Assembly (NCBI GenBank): GCA_043228905.1 | Contig: JBHGNT010000016.1 | Span: forward strand, 13,888,001-13,952,000 | Direction of reading: 5' to 3' | DNA length: 64,000 nucleotides | Source: Azolla caroliniana | Lineage: Eukaryota; Plantae; Polypodiophyta | Shown here: positions 24,347 through 36,302 of the stretch, piece by piece | Layout of the letters: each line of letters begins with the position of its first letter | How positions within the stretch are numbered: the stretch's first letter is position 1 | The notes under the pieces: model-generated | The model's input: only the letters and a program-made list of their open reading frames with translations | Database searches by the model: none | Told to the model about the DNA's origin: nothing | Made by a program: the position numbers and the translations under genes

Positions 24347-27300
24347 ATGGCGGGAGAGGAACATGCGCGGGAAACGAAAAAGGGCGGCTCGAGGCAAAAG
24401 CCACTATATAAGACACAGGCCTGCGAAGGACTCACTTTTTACGAATTTTCCTACATACAGGCGCAGAAGCACAGAAGAGCGATCCGACGCACAGAGCAGA
24501 CACAGCCCGATCCCGAACAACAGGCAGCAGAAGAAGAATTCGAAACAATGGTACTGTCGGAAGAGGCACGCCAATGGATGAGGGAGAACGGGTTAAAAGG
24601 ATTGCTGTGGATCGCCGACGCTCCACCACACGCAGAACCAGAGCAGGCGGCAACATCGATCGATTTATCAGAAGTCACGGAAGGAGCGGTGCAGGCGCTC
24701 ACGGGGATAAAAGCAAGAGGACTTCAAACAATCGAAAACCCTTCAAGTGAAATCCTGTTCGAATATTTCGGTGAGTACTCTATTAGCAGCAAGGCGTACC
24801 GAACGCAGGGCGGAGAGAACCTGCTGTTCGGAGAAGTGGCCCGCGCCATGATGGAATATGGATTCGTGAATCCCCGTCCCCCGGCCATAGCCAAGTACCG
24901 GGCATCGTTCTTAATAGCAGCGTACGAAGGCTTACAAGTAGACTGGCTCCATTTCATAACCGAAGGATTGAAGGAGGCCATCAAGAATCTTGTGGAAGGA
25001 AAAAAGCCATGGGCCGGGATAGCACAATGGCTAACAGTGTTAGTCCCACCGGTGCTCCCCATCACACAAAAGAAAAGAGGTCGGCAGGAGACTACGCCGA
25101 AAAAGGTCACAAAGCGCCGACAGATCTTGGAGAAACACACCCCCGGATGAACCCAGCAAGAAGCAGAACATCGGGGGGAAGGACCATCCCGACAGCAACA
25201 GGAACTGGCAACAAAGGCAAAACCGGCAGGAAAAGGCAAAGGGAAATCGGCCGAGGAGGAACCGGTAGCACGCAAACCAATCAATATAACGCTGCGATGG
25301 CCGGAACCGGAACCAGAGGACTTTATACAAAAGGTCCGCCTGGTAGCCGCATCAGGGGAGGAAGCTGAAACAGAAGACTCATCCAAACCACTGGTAAGAC
25401 TCCCAGCAAGACAGGGTCGGGAGAGACGGGCGAAAGGACCGGCTCCACCAGTTGACAAAACTCAGTAGAGGGCGCAAGGATCACCTCCAGTAGCCGAGGC
25501 GGAAGCAGTACCGGAACCCGTACCAAGGGAAGCAGCACCGACACCGGTTGTGCCGGACTTTAGAGAACCAGTCATCCCAGAGAAGAAGAATGAACAAGCG
25601 CCGGAGCCAGAGAAAAGGCCGGAAAAACAGCCTGAGTTAAGTGAGCAAGGCCACCTCGACACAGGAAGAACAAAGCCACAATGGCTGAGATGGCTTTCGG
25701 AGCAGTTATCGGGAGTAGCGGACCAGTTAGAGAAAGAAGAAACGTGTAGGCAACAGCTGACGCATACAACAACTCAGGAGTTGGTCGCGCTCCGAACACA
25801 GATCGAGGAAATGCAAGGGGAGTTGTTGCAGGCAAGGGAAGGAATTCAACAAGCACAAGTTGTCACCGAGCCAGTCGGGACAACAAGGAAGCAACCAGAA
25901 CCGGAACCGGAACCGGTAGCCTTGCAAACCGGCCCTGAGACCGAAAAAATAATAGAAACTTTACGAGAGGAATTAAAAGCTCAGGAGGCATTAAGGGAAA
26001 GAGAAAGGGAGCAGCGGAAAGCGGTGGAGGACAACAGACGAAAAATGGAAGAAGGCCTCCGGAAAGGTCGAGCCACTAATGACCGACTGCAAGAAGAAAA
26101 AGAGAGGCTGCAAAAGGAGAAGGACCGACTGCGTCGACATGCCGAGCAGGAGATAGAACGACTGCAGGAAGAACTCCGACAACAGAAAGACCGGGACGAT
26201 CGGTTAAGAGCTCAGGCAAACCGACGCCTGGAGCAGAAGACGGAGGACTTCGACTGTCTCTATCGAGATCACAAGCAGGCCGAGTCAGACAACAAGAAAC
26301 GGGCAGCAGACTATGACCGGCAAATAGAGAAGCTGAAAGAACAGCTCAAAGAGACCCGATTAGACCTGGCTAAGGCAATAGATGAGGTCAGTGCCAACAA
26401 GGAAGCATTGTCGGCGGAAATAGCCCAAGCGACGGAGAGAAGGAAGGAATTAGAGGTGCTAAGGCAGGAAAAGTTGGATCTGACCAAGATCAGGAATGAA
26501 GAAAAGGAAAAATCGACCTTCACGATCAACAAACTGCAAAGTACCTATGAAAAGCAGAAAGCGGATTACGAGGCCCAGGCTCAGATAATGGCCGACATTA
26601 TAAAACGGGCAAGGAAGGAAAAGCAAGAAGCTTATGCGCATGCTAAGGCGGGGGTTGACCGGATCAAGATCATCATGTCAGGATGGAGTACCCGAGCTCA
26701 GGCAAGCATCAACGAAAGTACAGAAAAGCTATGGACGGAGTGGTCACAACAGGCAGCCGAGCTGCAGACACTCCGAGCGGATGCCGAGAATCGGAGGAAG
26801 ACCGGTGACAATTTCTACAAGATGGATGAAGAAAGTATCGTCGCCATTCGGGAAGAATTGTCGGAGGATTTCTACGCTTTAGCGGAAGAACATCTCAAAG
26901 AAATCCGAGGGTTGGTAGAGAGGTTGGATGACGGGCAGCTCGCAACTCAGTTGGAGTTGGAGAGATACGAGCAGGACCGGTTACGACAAGAAGCTAAAGG
27001 AAGAACGACGCCAATCACTATAAGTGAGGGAGAGCGACCGGCTGAAGTTGAACCAACCGACACCGAACAACCCCGACGAGGAATACCCGAAGAAGAACTT
27101 CCGATCGAAGGAGAAGAAGAAGAGCAGGAGCAGACCGATGCCGGAGAAGAAGAAGAGCTGAGACCGGAAGACACCAGAGCAGAGGAAGGAGGCGTATCGA
27201 GCCGACCAGTCGAGACCAGAGAAAGCGACATTGGTAACAGAACAGAGCCTGGAACAGAGGGAGAACAGGAAGAACCCGAACGAAGCGGTGAGGAAGCACC

Positions 27301-27460
27301 GGCACCACAGAATCAAGCAGAGCCGGAGCAGCAAATTTTTACGGAACAGCCCACCCAACCGGAGGTCGGAGACCAGGCAGGCAAGGAACAGGAACAGGAG
27401 GAAGAAGCACCACTTGACACCATCGAGCAGAGTGTGCTCGATATTTTGGAGGAAGAATGA
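24347..27460 (+). pseudogene. Extra 3' ORF of the gypsy element (~1037 codons, two in-frame stops): globular N-domain, long coiled coil, acidic tail
   Basis: Track ORFs 24284-25150 and 25550-27460 share a frame; manual translation of the gap shows only TGA 25148 and TAG ~25466. Confidence 0.85.
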
Positions 27461-27510
27461 GGCCGGGAGTGGATTTGAAGTGCAAGGCACTTTCCCACGG
27501 GCGTGCCATG

Positions 27511-27900
27511 TGTTGGCCGGTCAGAAGAGCAAGGACAAGTGGGAAGGCGGAGTCGGATCGGATAATAGGAAGTAGATAATAGTAGAATTATTATTCGGAG
27601 GGACGGATCCGGTACAGTTGTACCGATCCGGATCCAGACCGATTCGGATGTCGGTTGTCTAAGCGCACCGATTGTAACCTTGCCGGATGCCTATAAAAGG
27701 ATCCGATGAATTGTAAAGGGTTGGACGGAAGTAATACAATAGTAATTATTGCGTGTTTATCTGTATCTTCGTATTGTTTACCGTCTATGCTTAATTGTAA
27801 TCATCTTACGCGTGTAACCTAGCATCCAATCCTTACCACCCCTTCGGAGAAGTGTCGGATAGACACCTGTGTTGAGGCTAGTCCGGCTAGGTAGACAACA
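27511..27900 (+). repeat. Gypsy 3' LTR
   Basis: Direct repeat of 12557-12946, followed by TSD TTGTT. Confidence 0.97.
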
Positions 27901-28500
27901 TTGTTGATCCATATCCGGGATGCCAAGACGCCAAAGGAAGCTTGGGGAAACCTAAAGAAGGTCTTTCGCCGCAAGCACCATGGCCCGAAAGCTGCAACTC
28001 CGACAGGAGTTGAGCAATGTCCGACAAAAGGACATGTCGGTGGCCGACTATACGGCTTGGATCAAAGATATATGTGACTCACTTGCCTGTATCAATGTAA
28101 CCGTCGAGGATGATGAGATGGTGCAGGTTTGTCTTGGAGGCTTGGCGTCAAAGTTCGGAGCATTCTGGACGGTGGTCTCTATAAGGGAGAATAAGCCCTC
28201 GTTTTTCGACGTACATTCGATGCTCCTTGTAGAGGAGAACCATGTGGGTGCGTCAACGAGCACGCACACTAACAGAAGGACGTTGTATATGGAAGCGGAT
28301 CGGCCCTGTGGTCATGGCGAACAAAGCGCATCAGCACGTAGTGGAAGGGCCGACAAGAGCGAACCGAAGGCACAAGGATGGTGCTGACAATAGTTCTGAA
28401 CCCCATGACGGGCAAGAGAAGACCGCAACAAAATGTTGGTAGTGTAGTTGGAAGGGCCACAAGGAGAGCGAGTGTTGGAAAAAGTGCCCATTCGGACAAG

Positions 28501-30164
28501 TCCTTCTTGATGTCCATTTGATGGAGGTGCCACCCTTTTGCCGCTACAAGTGCAATCGCGGTCTGCATAGCCGTCATCTTTGCCACCAGGGCGAAGGTCT
28601 CTTCATAGTCGACTCCATGTGTTTGTGCGTATCCTTTCGCCACGAGCCGGTTTTGTAGTGATTGACAAAGTCGTCGCCATTATACTGAACCTTGTAAATC
28701 CATCTGCAGCCAATTGCCTTCTTGTGAGGTGAATGGGGGATGAGGTCCCATGTCTTGTTCTTGCATAGTGCCCGCATCTCCTTGTTCATTGCTTCAGTCC
28801 ATTGTGGATCCTTGGCTGCTTCGGGAAAATTTTCCAATTCTCGAACTGTCACCACCTTCATCATAAAGGCATAGTGGTATGCCATATTGTCGTTGTAGCC
28901 CGAATTGGCTAACTGGATTCTTCTCACGAGTGGACGGACAGAGTTTCTCATTTGCCGATGTAAGTGCTTTCTTAACTCAGGGTGACCTCATAAGAGGCAC
29001 TATCGAGTGTGTGAGTCGATTCATTGCCATCGAATTGATCGTCTTCATATTCTGGCATTTTGGCCTTGCCTTTGTCCATCTTCGGACTTGGCCGAGATGT
29101 GCTTTGGTTGCTTGGGGGCTCTTACCGCCCACTGAGCCTAGTCGTGATCGGACTTTCTTCGAACATGTGCCTCAGTTGATCTTCGTCTTCTGTCTCTTGG
29201 TTGTCCAAGTTCGGGTTGCCTTGGGTTTGAGTCGGAGTCATCTCTAGTTTGTACCAAGATGTCGATTCGTTGAAAACGACATCCCAACTCACTCGAACCT
29301 TCCGAGTAAAGGGGTTGAAGCATTTGTACCCCTTTTGCTCCAATGAGTATCCTACAAGGATACATTTCTCCGACATGGGATATAGCTTTTGCTGCGTTTC
29401 ATCGGGGAAGTGCACATATGCAAGTGAACCGAATATCCTAACATGGGATAGATCCGGCTTCTTTCCATAAAACATCTTGTGAGGAGTGACCTTGTGCACT
29501 GGACCGGATGTTGTGCACTGGTTCATGCGGTAGACGACGGTATTTGCAGCTTTTGCCCAATATGACTTGGGCATGTGCTTCTCATTAAGCATGGCCCATG
29601 CTACTTCGAGGATGTGCCGATTATTACATTTGGCTACACTGTTTTGTTGTGGTGTGTGTCGGCAAATAATTCTCGTCGAATTCCTTCTTGTCGAAGGTAT
29701 GCCGTGAAGGCATCGGAGAAATATTCCTTTCCTTCGTCCGACCGAAGACATCATACATGGCGGCCGATTGTCTTTTCGACTTCGCTTTTGAACTTTTGGA
29801 AGTGTGAAAACACTTTGCTCTTCATCCTCATGGGAAAGATCCATGTGTATCTAGAGAAGTTTTCGATGAAGGTAACATAGTACCGACATCCTCCGAATGT
29901 GGCCGTCTATGCCGATCCCCACACATCTGAGTGGATCACATCTAGGAGGCCTTTGCTCACATTTTGCTCCTTTGGGAAGGGGTGCCGATGTTGCTTGCCG
30001 AATTGGCATGCTTCACATACTCCTTCAATCTCTTTCTCTTTGAAGTTCAGGAGCCCGATGATGACTCCTTTCGATTGCATCGCCTTGAGTTTATTGAGAT
30101 TGATATGGCCGATTCTTTTATGCCATAGCTCTATGTTGGTGTCGATTTTGAGGCCCTTTGCAAA
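28501..30164 (-). mobile_element. Copia family A integrase-RT fragment, inverted relative to neighbours
   Basis: HTPQQNSVAK..MPKSYWAKA, KKAIGCRWIYKV, AKGYAQTHGVDYEETF, WHLHQMDIK. Confidence 0.9.
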
Positions 30165-33100
30165 TGTTGAGAATCAAGCTCAACTTGGTATAGTGTGTGA
30201 ACTCACCTTGAGAGTGAATTGACACTCCAACGGTCAAGAGTCACCATTGTATTCTAGCATTTAGTATGAGTCATAGAATCATATTCTATGACACATAACT
30301 TATGAGCTTTCACATTCCCCATGCTCCATGAGTCTTGTAGTTAATGAAGAGAGAGGGTGACTATATAAAGCACCCTCCTCCCACCTTGTATTATGTTGAG
30401 TCTTTCTCCTTTGTTAATATACTAAATCTTGCGTATTCTCTGTGTCTTACTCCATGTCTCTCTCACTCTATCTCACACTCACATAATGCACATCTCTCAC
30501 CTATTCTGCTACACAAGAATCATACCCGATTCTTTACATGGTATTAGAGCGATTTGGTAGCTCGATCTAGTCCACTTGTCTCATCGTGATCGTGTGTTGA
30601 GCTCTACGCCGCCGTTCAAGAAGAACCGGCTCATCGCTATCGTAGTGCGACTACATAGCTCGTATTCGAAGACAGAAGAAGAAGAAGAAGAAGAATCGAC
30701 ATATTGAATACTCAAATGGGGAGCGCTCTCCCTACCGAGAAGTTGGATTGAAACAACTTCGCATCTTGGGAGTACAAGATGCACCATTACCTTGTCAGAC
30801 AAGGCTATTGGAGCTACATCAAAGGAGTGCACGAAGACCGACCCATCGAAACAGCTCCCGGATACGCGACATGGGAGCAAGCCGCAAGCCACGTGATGTA
30901 TTTCTTGGCGACATGTGTTCACGATCACATGCTTGGCTACATTCGCGAAGCCAAGACGCTGAAGGAGGCATGGGAAAATCTAAACACAACCGCAAGAAGG
31001 CTTCAACTCTGCCAAGAGTTGAACAACATTCAACAAAGGGACATGTCCATCACGACATACACCTTGAAGATCAAGGAGCTTTGCGACTTGCTCGGTTCGA
31101 TAAGCGTAAATATCGATGATGATGAGATGGTGAAAATATGCCTCGGCAGCCTCGCACCACGGTTCGGCGTGATGCGAACCGCTGTTCTAGTTGGGGAGAA
31201 ATCTCCCTCCTTCTTCGAGCTCCAATCAATGCTATTGGTCGAAGAAAACCATGTGTGTACAAGGAGCAATGAGTCGGAAGGCCACAACTCTACAAGCACT
31301 CGAACGGAGGAAGAGGACGCGGATGAGTGAGAGGCCGATTTGGCCAAGGACAAGGCGGACGAGGTCCGACCTACAACAACAACTCCCAATTTCGGCCGCA
31401 AAACGGAGGCCAACGAGGAACCTTCGCAAGAAGGGGGATCTTCAACTCCGGCCCGAGCCATCAAAACGCAACCGAATGTGGATATTGCGGAAAGCTCGGC
31501 CACCACAAAGAAGAGTGCCGAAAGAAAATGCATGAATCAGCTTCCACAAGCCGACAACTCATGAATTACGCGCACAATTCCGACTACGGAGATCGTGGCG
31601 GAATGCATGCACACAACTCCGACCATGGCAGAATGTTCAATCCGGAGGACGTATGGTTTGTTGACTCCGGAGCCTCAAACCATATGACATCTCATAAAGA
31701 ATGGTTTCTCGAACTTCGAGAGCCAGAGCGACCCGGTTATGTCGAAACCGGAGATGACACTACGCACCCGATTCGGCACATCGGCAATGTTCCGTTCAGT
31801 GAAAGAGGTAAGCAAACATACATTAAAAATGTCTTGCATGTTCCCACCATCACGAAGAATTTGGTCTCGGTCGGCCAAATGGTTGAGCAAGGGATGCAAG
31901 TACGATTTGATCAAGAAGGGTGCTTCATCGAAAAAGAGGGCCGACTCATCGCGCACGGAAGAAGAGAGGGCCGGATGTTCATTCTCGATTCACACAAGAT
32001 GAAATCCGCCATGTTCGCAAAAAGCATGAAAGTCGACTCCGACATAGAGCTATGGCACAAGCGAATCGGCCACATCAATCTCAACAAACTCAAAGCAATG
32101 AAATCGAAAGGAGTCGTCATCGGACTCCCGACATTCAAAGAGAAGGAGATTGAAGGTGTATGCGAAGCGTGCCAATTTGGCAAGCAGCACTGATACCCAT
32201 TTCCGAAAGAGCGGAACGTGAGCAAAGGTCTACTCGATGTCGTCCATTCCGATGTATGGGGACCGGTGCAAACGGCTACATTCGGCGGAAGCCGATATTA
32301 CGTGCTCTTCATCGACGACTTCTCCAAGCACACGTGGCTCTATCCGATGCGGCAAAAGAGCGAAGTGTTCGGACACTTCCAAAGGTTTAAAATCGAAGTC
32401 GGAAAAGCCACTGGTCATCATGTACGATGCCTTCGATCAGATGGCGGCAAGGAGTACTTCTCGGACGATTTCACGACGTATCTCTGAAAGGAAGGAATTC
32501 GGTGAGAATTCACTTGCCAACACACTCCGCAACAAAACGGCGTAGCCGAGCGCAAAAATCGGCACATCCTCAAAGTAGTGCGGGCCATGATGAACGAGAA
32601 GCATATGCCCAAGTCATATTGGGCCGAAGCTGCAAATACGGCCGTCTACCTAATGAACCGGTGCACAACATCCGGCGTGCACAAGGTCACTCCGCACGAA
32701 AAATACTTTGGAAAGAAGCCAGACTTATCGCACATCCGGATATTCGGCGCGATAGCGTACATGCACATCCCCAATGAGAAGCGTCAAAAGCTTGACCCGA
32801 AAGTCGGAGAAATGTATCCTCGTAGGATACTCATTGGAGCAAAAGGGGTACAAGTGCTACAACCCCTCAACTCAAAAATCTCGAGTAAGTCGAGATGTCA
32901 TTTTTGACGAGTCCGCATCCTAGTACGCACCAGAGACAACTCCAACTCCGACTCCGCTCGACCCGGAATTCGCCGAACAAGAGATCGAGGATGAAGATCA
33001 CCTTATGCGCATATTCGAAGAAAGTTCAATCACGACCCGATTGAGCGGACCACAAGTGCCTTTGAGCGATCAAAGCACATCACGGCCTAGCCTGAAGATG

Positions 33101-34612
33101 GACAAAGGCAAGGCGAAAATGTTGGAATACGAAGACGATCGCTTCAACGATGATGAGTCGACTCACTCACTCGACAGTGAGTTTGGCGGTTTCGAGGTAC
33201 CAATCGGAGCTAAGAAAGTCCTCATCTCTGCAAATGAAAAGCTCTGCCGATCAACCCGTGAAAAAAACCCCGTAAGCCGATTTGGCTACAACGATTATAT
33301 GGCGTACCATTACACCTTTATGTTGAAGGTAGCGATAGTACGGGAGCCGGAAACCTTTTCGGAAGCCGCGAAGGACCCATGATGGATCGAAGCCATGAAC
33401 GAGGAGATGCGGGCACTACGAAAGAACAAGACGTGGGATTTCGTTCCCACCTCACCACACAAAAAGGCGATCGGATGCAGATGCATCTACAAGGTGAAGT
33501 ATAACGCCGATGGCTCCGTAAACCGCTACAAAGTTCGATTCGTAGCAAAAGGATACGCTCAGAAGTATGGCGTCGACTACGAAGAGACCTTTGCCCCGGT
33601 GGCAAAGATGACGACAGTGCGGACAATAATTGCAATTGCCGCAGCGAAAGGGTGGCACCTCCATCAAATGGACGTCAAGGACGCCTTTCTACAAGGCGAA
33701 TTAGAAGAGGAGGTGTACATGATCCAACCACCCGGCTTCAACTCAAGCAGCCATCTGAAAGTTGTTTGCCAACTCAAGAAGCCACTCTACGACCTCAAGC
33801 AAGCACCGCGTGCTTGGCATTCGAAGATAACGCAATATCTTCATCAAATCGGCTTCCGTATGTCAAAATTGGACAACTCCCTCTACATACGAAGTGATTC
33901 CGCAAGTTCGGTCGTCATCATCTTATATGTGGATGACCTAGTCATTGGAGGTGAGCAGCTCGTCGAAATCACTAAGGTCAAATCCCTCCTTTCCAACAAG
34001 TTCGAGATGACGGACATGAAGGAGCTCCACTACTTCCTCGGCGTCGAGGTAATTCGGACTCCGGCCGGAATCATGATCTCTCAACGGCACTACATCCTCA
34101 ACTTGTTATACAAGTTCGGGATGGATGAGTGCAAATCCGTGGCAACCCCGCTCGATCGTAATCTCAAACTAGATGCGAACTCCGGCACCAAAGCGTGTGA
34201 GCCGACTCAGTATCGGCAACTCATCGGGAGTCTCATCTATCTCATGATCACTCGACCCGATCTCAGTTATCCGGTCGGTCTCCTTAGCCAATTCATGCAA
34301 ACACTGAGTGATACTCACTTGGATTGCGCTAAGCGAGTTCTACGATACGTGAGCGGCACAATGGATTGCGCCATCCTCTACAAGACCGCGATGCCAATAC
34401 GACTCGAGGGGTACACAGACGCCGATTGGGCCGGCTATAAAGTCTATAGAAGATCAACCTCCGGATTTGTTTCCTCCCTCGGCAATGGAGCAATATCCTG
34501 GAGTAGCAAGAAGCAGCCTATCGTCGCTCTTTCGAGTACGGAGGCAGAATACAGGGGCGCAGCTGTAGCTGCGTGTGAAGCCGTATGGCTCAAGAGGATT
34601 TTGAAGGATTTG
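30165..34612 (+). mobile_element. Copia family A element: 5' LTR 30165-30538, PBS 30539-30550, degenerate gag-pol; 3' end missing
   Basis: TG..CA LTR followed by TGGTATTAGAGC; gag, CGYCGKLGH, WFVDSGAS, integrase, YVDD, DADWAG. Confidence 0.93.
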
Positions 34613-36302
34613 GGCGTCTACCTAATGAACCGGTGCACAACATCCGGAGTGCACGAGGTCACTCCGCACGAAAAATACTTCGGAAAGAAGCCTGACTTAT
34701 TGCACACCTCGATATTTGGCTCGATAGCGTACGTACACATCCCCAACGAGAAGCGTCAAAAGCTTGATCCAAAGTCGGAGAAATGTATCCTCGTAGGATA
34801 CTCATTGGAGCAATAGGGGTACAAGTGCTACAACCCCTCAACTCAAAAATCTCAAGTAAGTCAAGACGTCGTTTTTGACGAGTCCGCATCCTGGTACACA
34901 CCAGAGACAACTTCGCCTCCGACTCCGCTCGACCCGGAATCCGCCGAACAAGGGATAGAGGATGAAGATCGCCTTACACGCATGTTCGAAGAAAGTCCGA
35001 TCACGACCCGACTGAGCGGACCACAAGAGCCTTTGAGCGATCAAAGCACATATCGGCCTAGCCCGAAGATGGACAAAGGCAAGGCGAAAATGTTGGAATA
35101 CGAAGACGATCACTTCGACGATGATGAGTCGACTCACTCACTTGACAGTGAGTTTGGCGGCTTTGATGTACCAATCAGAGCTAAGAAAGCCCTCATCTCT
35201 ACAAATGAAAACCTCTGTCGCTCCACCCGTGAAAAGAATCCAGTCAGCCGATTCCGCTACAACGACTACATGGCATATCACTATGCCTTTATGATGAAGG
35301 TGGCGACAATACACGAGTCGGAAACATTTTCCGATGTAGCCAAGGATCTGCGATGGATCGAAGCCATGAACGAGGAGATGCAAGAATGAGACGTGGGATC
35401 TCGTTCCCACCTCACCACACAAAAAGGCGATCGGATACACATGGATTTACAAAGTGAAGTACAACGCCAACGGTTTCGTCAACCGCTACAAAGCGCGACT
35501 CGTACCGAAAGGCTACGCCCAAACGCACGGGGTTGACTACGAGGAGACCTTTGCCCCAGTGGGAAAGATGACGACGGTACGGACCATAATTGCACTTGCC
35601 GCGGCAAAAGGGTGACACCTCCATCAAATGGATGTCAAGAACACCTTTCTACAAGGCGAATTAGAAGAGGTGTACATGGTACAACCACTCGGCTTCAACT
35701 CGAGCACCCATCCGAAAGCTGTATGCCGACTAGAGAAGCCACTCTACGGCCTCAAGCAAGCACCGCGTGCTTGGCATTCGAAGATAACGCAATATATTCA
35801 TCAAATCGGCTTTCGTATGTCAAAATCGGACAACTCCCTCTACATACGAAGCGATTCCGCAAGTCCGATCGTCATCATCTTATATGTGGATGATCTAGTC
35901 ATTGGAGGTGGGCATCTCATCGAAATCAATAAGGTCAAATCCCTCCTTTCCGACAAGTTCAAGATGATGGACATGAAGGAGCTCCACTACTTCCACGGCA
36001 TCGAGGTAAATCGGACTCCGGCCGGAATCATGATCTCTCAACGGCACTACATCCTCAACTTGTTATACAAGTTCGGGATGGCTGAGTGCAAATCCGCGGC
36101 AACCCCGCTCGATCGCAATCTCAAACTAGATGCGAACTCTAGCACCAATGCGTGTGAGCCAACTCAGTATCGGCAACTCATCAGGAGTCTCATCTACCTC
36201 ACGATCACTCGACCCAATCTCAGGTATCCGGTCGGTCTCCTTAGTCAATTTATGCAAACACTGCGTGATACTCACTTGGATTGCGCTAAGCGAGTTTTAC
36301 GA
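34613..36302 (+). mobile_element. Second, diverged Copia family A integrase-RT segment fused to the previous RNase H
   Basis: ORF 33395-34816 switches from KRILKDLGV to YLMNRCTT; the segment parallels 32641-34348 with many substitutions. Confidence 0.9.

Larger units (their letters stand above)
12557..27900 (+). mobile_element. Complete-ended non-chromovirus Ty3/gypsy element (Athila/Phygy-like architecture) with an extra 3' ORF
   Basis: Two 390-bp TG..CA LTRs (9 substitutions counted), TSD TTGTT (12552-12556, 27901-27905), domain order gag-PR-RT-RH-INT, no chromodomain and no second (Tat-type) RNase H seen. Confidence 0.97.
12311..28500 (+). mobile_element. Host Ty1/copia gag (family A-like) split by the gypsy insertion: 12311-12556 and 27901-28500
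   Basis: MASSLPTEKLDRSNYASWSYKMHQYL..SVTNQL resumes after the TSD as IHIRDAKTPKEAWGNLKK..RKLQLRQELSN. Confidence 0.9.

Noticed and set aside
24724-25458. Long antisense ORFs in the gypsy/Copia elements (also 12947-13606, 43403-43969)
   Set aside because: Shadow ORFs of GC-rich coding strands with no recognisable motifs.
24347-27460. True envelope gene
   Set aside because: No signal peptide or transmembrane segment is evident; the protein is highly charged.
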